A model generated the notes under the pieces. That model saw only the letters and a program-made list of their open reading frames with translations. It ran no database searches and was not told the origin of the DNA. From Candidatus Izemoplasmatales bacterium (GTDB lineage: Bacteria > Bacillota_I > Bacilli_A > Izemoplasmatales > Hujiaoplasmataceae): a stretch of DNA of 64,000 bases. The position numbers and the translations under genes were made by a program. Positions 60,495 through 64,000 of this stretch are shown here, piece by piece. The number at the start of each line of letters is the position of its first letter. Position 1 is the stretch's first letter. The stretch is taken from contig JBMNEZ010000001.1 in the NCBI GenBank assembly GCA_050949045.1, positions 1,088,001 through 1,152,000 on the forward strand, read 5' to 3'.

Positions 60495-61758
60495 CGCAAA
60501 ATGCCACCTTCCCTTCAACCAGAGTCAAGACCGGCCAGCCGTAACACTCCCAGCCATCAAAGGGAGTGTTGCGCCCTTTCGACAGAAATTGATTCTTGTC
60601 AATCGTTTTTCTTCGGTTTAAATCCAAGACCGTCAAATCCGCTTTGCGTCCGATAACAATCCTGCCTTCGTCAAGATTGAGGATCTTGGCGGGATTCAAC
60701 GAAAACCAAGCGATCGCTTGTTGCAGTGTCGCCATTCTTGTCCGCACCAGATTGGTGTAAATCAGTGGAAAAGCCGTTTCCAAGCCGACGACTCCGAAAG
60801 GGGCTTTTTCCATCCCCAAAGCTTTTTCATCCGGGCTGTGGGGCGCATGGTCCGTGGCGACACAGTCGATGGTGCCTTCGATCAAAGCTTGAATCAGAGC
60901 ATATTTGTCATCTAATCCGCGAAGCGGAGGATTCATCTTGAAATCGCTGTTTTCGACATCTTTGTTCTCAAGAAGCAGATGGTGCGGGGTAACTTCGCAA
61001 GTCACTTTTTGACCGCGTTCCTTGGCTTCCCTGACAATCCGGACGCCTTCCTTGGTGGAAATATGACAAACATGATACCGGGAATCCGTCTCTTCGGCGA
61101 TTAGGACATCTCTCGCTATCTGCAGGGTTTCAGGAAGCGACGTCATTGCCATCCAATTATTCGTTTTCGATTTGATTCCGCGGTGAACGATGCCCCCGAA
61201 TAACATCTTCTCATCTTCACAGTGAGCGGCGATCAGCGCTTCGAGAAGGCTTGCCTTCTGCATTGCCCTGTACATCAAATCCGCGCCTTGGATCCCGACG
61301 CCGTCATTAGAAAAGCCGGCCACCCGATCGATCAGTGCTTCCATATCCACCAAATCGCCGTGATCGGACAAAGAAGTCGTGATCGAAGCATAGGGGAGCA
61401 CATGAACACAGGCATCTTTTTCGACTCTTTTTAAAAATTCCTCCAGCCGTTCGGGGCTGTCGCAAACGGGATTGGTATTTGGCATGGGACAGATGGTCGT
61501 ATAGCCGCCTCTGGCCGCTGCCATCGTGCCGGTTTTGATCGTTTCCTTTTTTTCATATCCCGGTTCACGAAGATGCATATGCAGATCAATAAAACCCGGA
61601 GCGATCGTCATTCCGGTACAATCGATGATCTCTGCATCAACCGCGTTGATTTTTGGCTTCAAATCCTTGATGACACCGTCTTCGATCAAAAGATCAAGCC
61701 TTTCGATCTCATCACGGACAATTTTGCCATTGGCTAACAGTATCTTCATCTTAGCCAT
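60469..61758 (-). CDS. pyrC: Dihydroorotase
   Basis: DLHMHLREPG, MPNT, EVTPHHL, KMNPPLR, ATDHAPH. Confidence 0.96.
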   Translation of the reverse strand: MAKMKILLANGKIVRDEIERLDLLIEDGVIKDLKPKINAVDAEIIDCTGMTIAPGFIDLHMHLREPGYEKKETIKTGTMAAARGGYTTICPMPNTNPVCDSPERLEEFLKRVEKDACVHVLPYASITTSLSDHGDLVDMEALIDRVAGFSNDGVGIQGADLMYRAMQKASLLEALIAAHCEDEKMLFGGIVHRGIKSKTNNWMAMTSLPETLQIARDVLIAEETDSRYHVCHISTKEGVRIVREAKERGQKVTCEVTPHHLLLENKDVENSDFKMNPPLRGLDDKYALIQALIEGTIDCVATDHAPHSPDEKALGMEKAPFGVVGLETAFPLIYTNLVRTRMATLQQAIAWFSLNPAKILNLDEGRIVIGRKADLTVLDLNRRKTIDKNQFLSKGRNTPFDGWECYGWPVLTLVEGKVAFCDESFNNCK

Positions 61759-62265
61759 CTAGGATAATACCACTTGTTCGATTCCGTCGGTCTCCATAAA
61801 ATTGACTTGTACTTTTTCGCTACGGCTCGTCGGAATATTTTTGCCTACGTAATTGGCAGCTATCGGCAATTCCCGATGACCCCTGTCGATTAAGATCGCC
61901 AGTTGGATCAATGCAGGCCTGCCGATCTCGATGATTGCATCGAGCGCCGCGCGGATGGTTCTTCCGGTGTAAAGAACATCATCGATCAAGATGACTGTTT
62001 TTCCCGAAATGTCGATACTTGGCAACTCTTTGGGCAATGGCTCTTTCAAATCATCGCGGAAAGGACGGACATTCAGCGGTTCAAAAGGGAGTTTGACGCC
62101 TTCGATCGCCTCGATATTGGCGACAATCCGTTTGCCCAAGATGATTCCCCGGGACTTGATCCCGAAGACGATGATATTTGACAAGTCGCGGTTTTTTTCG
62201 ATGATTTCGTAGGAAATCCGACGAATGGTGCGTTCCATCGTGTTCTGATCCAGGATAATCTTCAT
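61759..62265 (-). CDS. pyrR: pyr attenuation protein/uracil PRTase
   Basis: RISYEIIEKN, DDVLYTGRT, DRGHRELPI. Confidence 0.96.
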   Translation of the reverse strand: MKIILDQNTMERTIRRISYEIIEKNRDLSNIIVFGIKSRGIILGKRIVANIEAIEGVKLPFEPLNVRPFRDDLKEPLPKELPSIDISGKTVILIDDVLYTGRTIRAALDAIIEIGRPALIQLAILIDRGHRELPIAANYVGKNIPTSRSEKVQVNFMETDGIEQVVLS

Positions 62266-62294
62266 GACAATCTCCTTTTACTAATATTTTTGAC

Positions 62295-63167
62295 TCAAGA
62301 TTCAGTTAATGAGCGCTTTAAGACAGCCATTCGGACAAACACACCGTTATGCATTTGTGCCATAATCCTGCTCTTGGGGCATTCAACCGCATAGTTTGAT
62401 ATTTCCACACCGCGGTTGAAAGGCGCGGGATGCATGATGATTGCGTGTTCTTTCATTTTGTGCACGCGCTCTTCGGTCAAGCCAAATTCCTCATAATACT
62501 TTTCTCGACTGAGCGACAAGTCATAGCCGTGCCGTTCAAATTGGACCCGGAGCATCATGATGATGTCCATTTCCTGGAGCGCTTCCTCAAAATCGATGTA
62601 AGGAGCGCAATTGTCGTTGAAAGTTTCGGGTCCGGAGATATGGACATCCATCCCCATTCGGCTCATGATATCGATGTTGGTGTGGGCAACCCGCGAATGG
62701 CGGATGTCACCTACAATCGCGACCTTTAGTCCGGAAAAGCCCCCGAACTCCTCCTTGATCGTCATCAAGTCGAGCAGGCTTTGGGTTGGATGATTTCCGG
62801 TTCCGTCGCCTCCGGAGATGATCGGAATATTGATGTTTTCCAGTTCCAGGAAGTAGTTGTTGGCAGGGTGGCGGACAACGATTGCGTCCATGCCGATCAT
62901 TTCAAACGTCTTCAGGGTGTCATAAAGGCTCTCGCCTTTTTTGATCGATGACAATTCGGTGTTGAAGTTGATCGGCAACATCCCCAGTTTGCTTTCCGCG
63001 ACCATGAATGAATATTGCGTCCTTGTCGAAGGCTCAAAAAAGGCATTCACCACTCGCTTCCCGGCAAGATCTTGAAACTCCATTCCGTTTTTGAAACGCT
63101 TGGACTCATCCAAAATCCGGAGGCATTCATCAACCCCCATGTCAGTCAGTCTAAACAGGTTCTTCAT
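62295..63167 (-). CDS. pyrB: Aspartate carbamoyltransferase catalytic subunit
   Basis: FFEPSTRT, KGESLYDT, HPTQSLLD, MHPAPFNRGVEI. Confidence 0.97.
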   Translation of the reverse strand: MKNLFRLTDMGVDECLRILDESKRFKNGMEFQDLAGKRVVNAFFEPSTRTQYSFMVAESKLGMLPINFNTELSSIKKGESLYDTLKTFEMIGMDAIVVRHPANNYFLELENINIPIISGGDGTGNHPTQSLLDLMTIKEEFGGFSGLKVAIVGDIRHSRVAHTNIDIMSRMGMDVHISGPETFNDNCAPYIDFEEALQEMDIIMMLRVQFERHGYDLSLSREKYYEEFGLTEERVHKMKEHAIIMHPAPFNRGVEISNYAVECPKSRIMAQMHNGVFVRMAVLKRSLTES

Positions 63168-63169
63168 TG

Positions 63170-63262
63170 AAAAAACCCCTCTCCGGCCTGTGGCGAAAAA
63201 GGGTTTTGGCAATAGCGATATTTACGATCCCCTTGTCGGTCTCACAGGACCAACTTAAAGTT
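63170..63262 (-). promoter_or_regulatory. PyrR-binding loop and attenuator
   Basis: CUUUAAGUUGGUCCUGUGAGACCGACAAGG has the UCCNGNGAG PyrR loop; terminator aaaacccuuuu..agagggguuuuu before pyrB. Confidence 0.85.
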
Positions 63263-63275
63263 TATCTTCCTGTGC

Positions 63276-63304
63276 ATTATAACTTGCTTTGAATAGCATG
63301 TCAA
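63276..63304 (-). promoter_or_regulatory. Consensus sigma-A promoter of pyr operon
   Basis: TTGACA-17 nt-TATAAT. Confidence 0.88.
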
Positions 63305-63422
63305 GAGTCTTTGAATTTTTTTGATTCCGGTCAATCATTTCCTTATTTTCATTATACGATATTGAATCGTATTGTGGTATAATTAGGTCAAATAACTATA
63401 AAAGAAAAGGACTGAGAAATTG

Positions 63423-64000
63423 ATGAATATCACTTTGGCAATCGTATTCAGTATTGTTGTGTCTTTTGGTGCTTTTTTGTTGGCTGGATGGCTGTATCTG
63501 TGGATCAAAAAACAAGAGAGCGTCAATGTCAAAATCAATTCGATCGGGGCGCTCATCAAAAGCGGTGCCAACACATTCTTAAGAAAAGAATATACGATCC
63601 TTGCGAAATTCGCTTTGGTTGCTTTTGTCATTATTGTTGTGTTTTTACCAAAGCCGATTTTCAACCAACCTGATTTTAAGTCAATCCTTAATGGCAACAT
63701 CATGATGGGCTTTGCCTATCTCTTCGGGACTGTTTTTAGCGCTCTGGCCGGCAAAATCGGAATCTTTGTGGCGACGATCGCCAACATGAAGACGGCCGAA
63801 GCCGCCACCAAGGGCATCGCCCCCAGCTTTCTGAGCGGGTTCAGGGGCGGAGCCGTCATGGGGATGGCAGTAGTCGGATCGAGTCTGCTCGGCATTTCTT
63901 TGTTCTTCCTCATCACCAAGAATCCAACGATGCTTTTAGGCTTCAGTTTTGGAGCTTCCTCACTGGCTTTATTTGCAAAAGCGGGTGGTGGGATTTATAC
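63423..64000 (+). CDS. hppA: Membrane-bound H+/Na+-translocating pyrophosphatase (5' part)
   Basis: Manual translation: GANTFLRKEY, SALAGKIG, FRGGAVMG, FGASSLALFAKAGGGIY; runs off window. Confidence 0.93.
   Translation, partial: MNITLAIVFSIVVSFGAFLLAGWLYLWIKKQESVNVKINSIGALIKSGANTFLRKEYTILAKFALVAFVIIVVFLPKPIFNQPDFKSILNGNIMMGFAYLFGTVFSALAGKIGIFVATIANMKTAEAATKGIAPSFLSGFRGGAVMGMAVVGSSLLGISLFFLITKNPTMLLGFSFGASSLALFAKAGGGIY

Noticed and set aside
63383..63919. Minus-strand ORFs at the window end
   Set aside because: Antisense to hppA, which is clear on the plus strand
1..64000. Genetic code 4 (TGA=Trp)
   Set aside because: TGA ends conserved genes at expected lengths (rplQ, rpoA, purH) and genes translate fully with code 11

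Overview
Mostly core chromosome of a Bacillota/Mollicutes-related bacterium. TGA is read as stop (code 11), promoters are sigma-A type and gene order resembles B. subtilis; an Izemoplasmatales/Acholeplasmatales-like origin is my inference only. Almost all genes are on the minus strand. In coordinate order: yitT-metG-DJ1-rsmI-tRNA MTase-ricT-holB-tmk; a divergent znuCB pair; a decayed IS3-like remnant; a truA-ecfT-ecfA2-ecfA1 unit headed by a HEPN+CBS protein; the full S10-spc-alpha ribosomal cluster; and a frameshifted nuclease-DinG/XPD helicase. An accessory stretch follows: Fe-ADH, glpQ, MFS, a yybP-ykoY riboswitch-controlled P2A ATPase, an Ig-repeat surface protein, SDR, a DUF2156-Eis/GNAT fusion and MFS+GH2. 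The window ends with a guanine-riboswitch pur operon, a PyrR-attenuated pyr operon and the start of hppA. Best candidates for undescribed biology: (1) a putative nucleotide-gated HEPN RNase with its own promoter leading the ecf-truA unit; (2) a TruA with an unexplained ~86-aa N-terminal domain; (3) a fused aminoacyl-tRNA transferase/Eis-like acyltransferase; (4) LacI/cre-type operators upstream of the pur promoter. No rRNA, tRNA or CRISPR array was seen. All calls come from reading the sequence and motifs; no searches were run.
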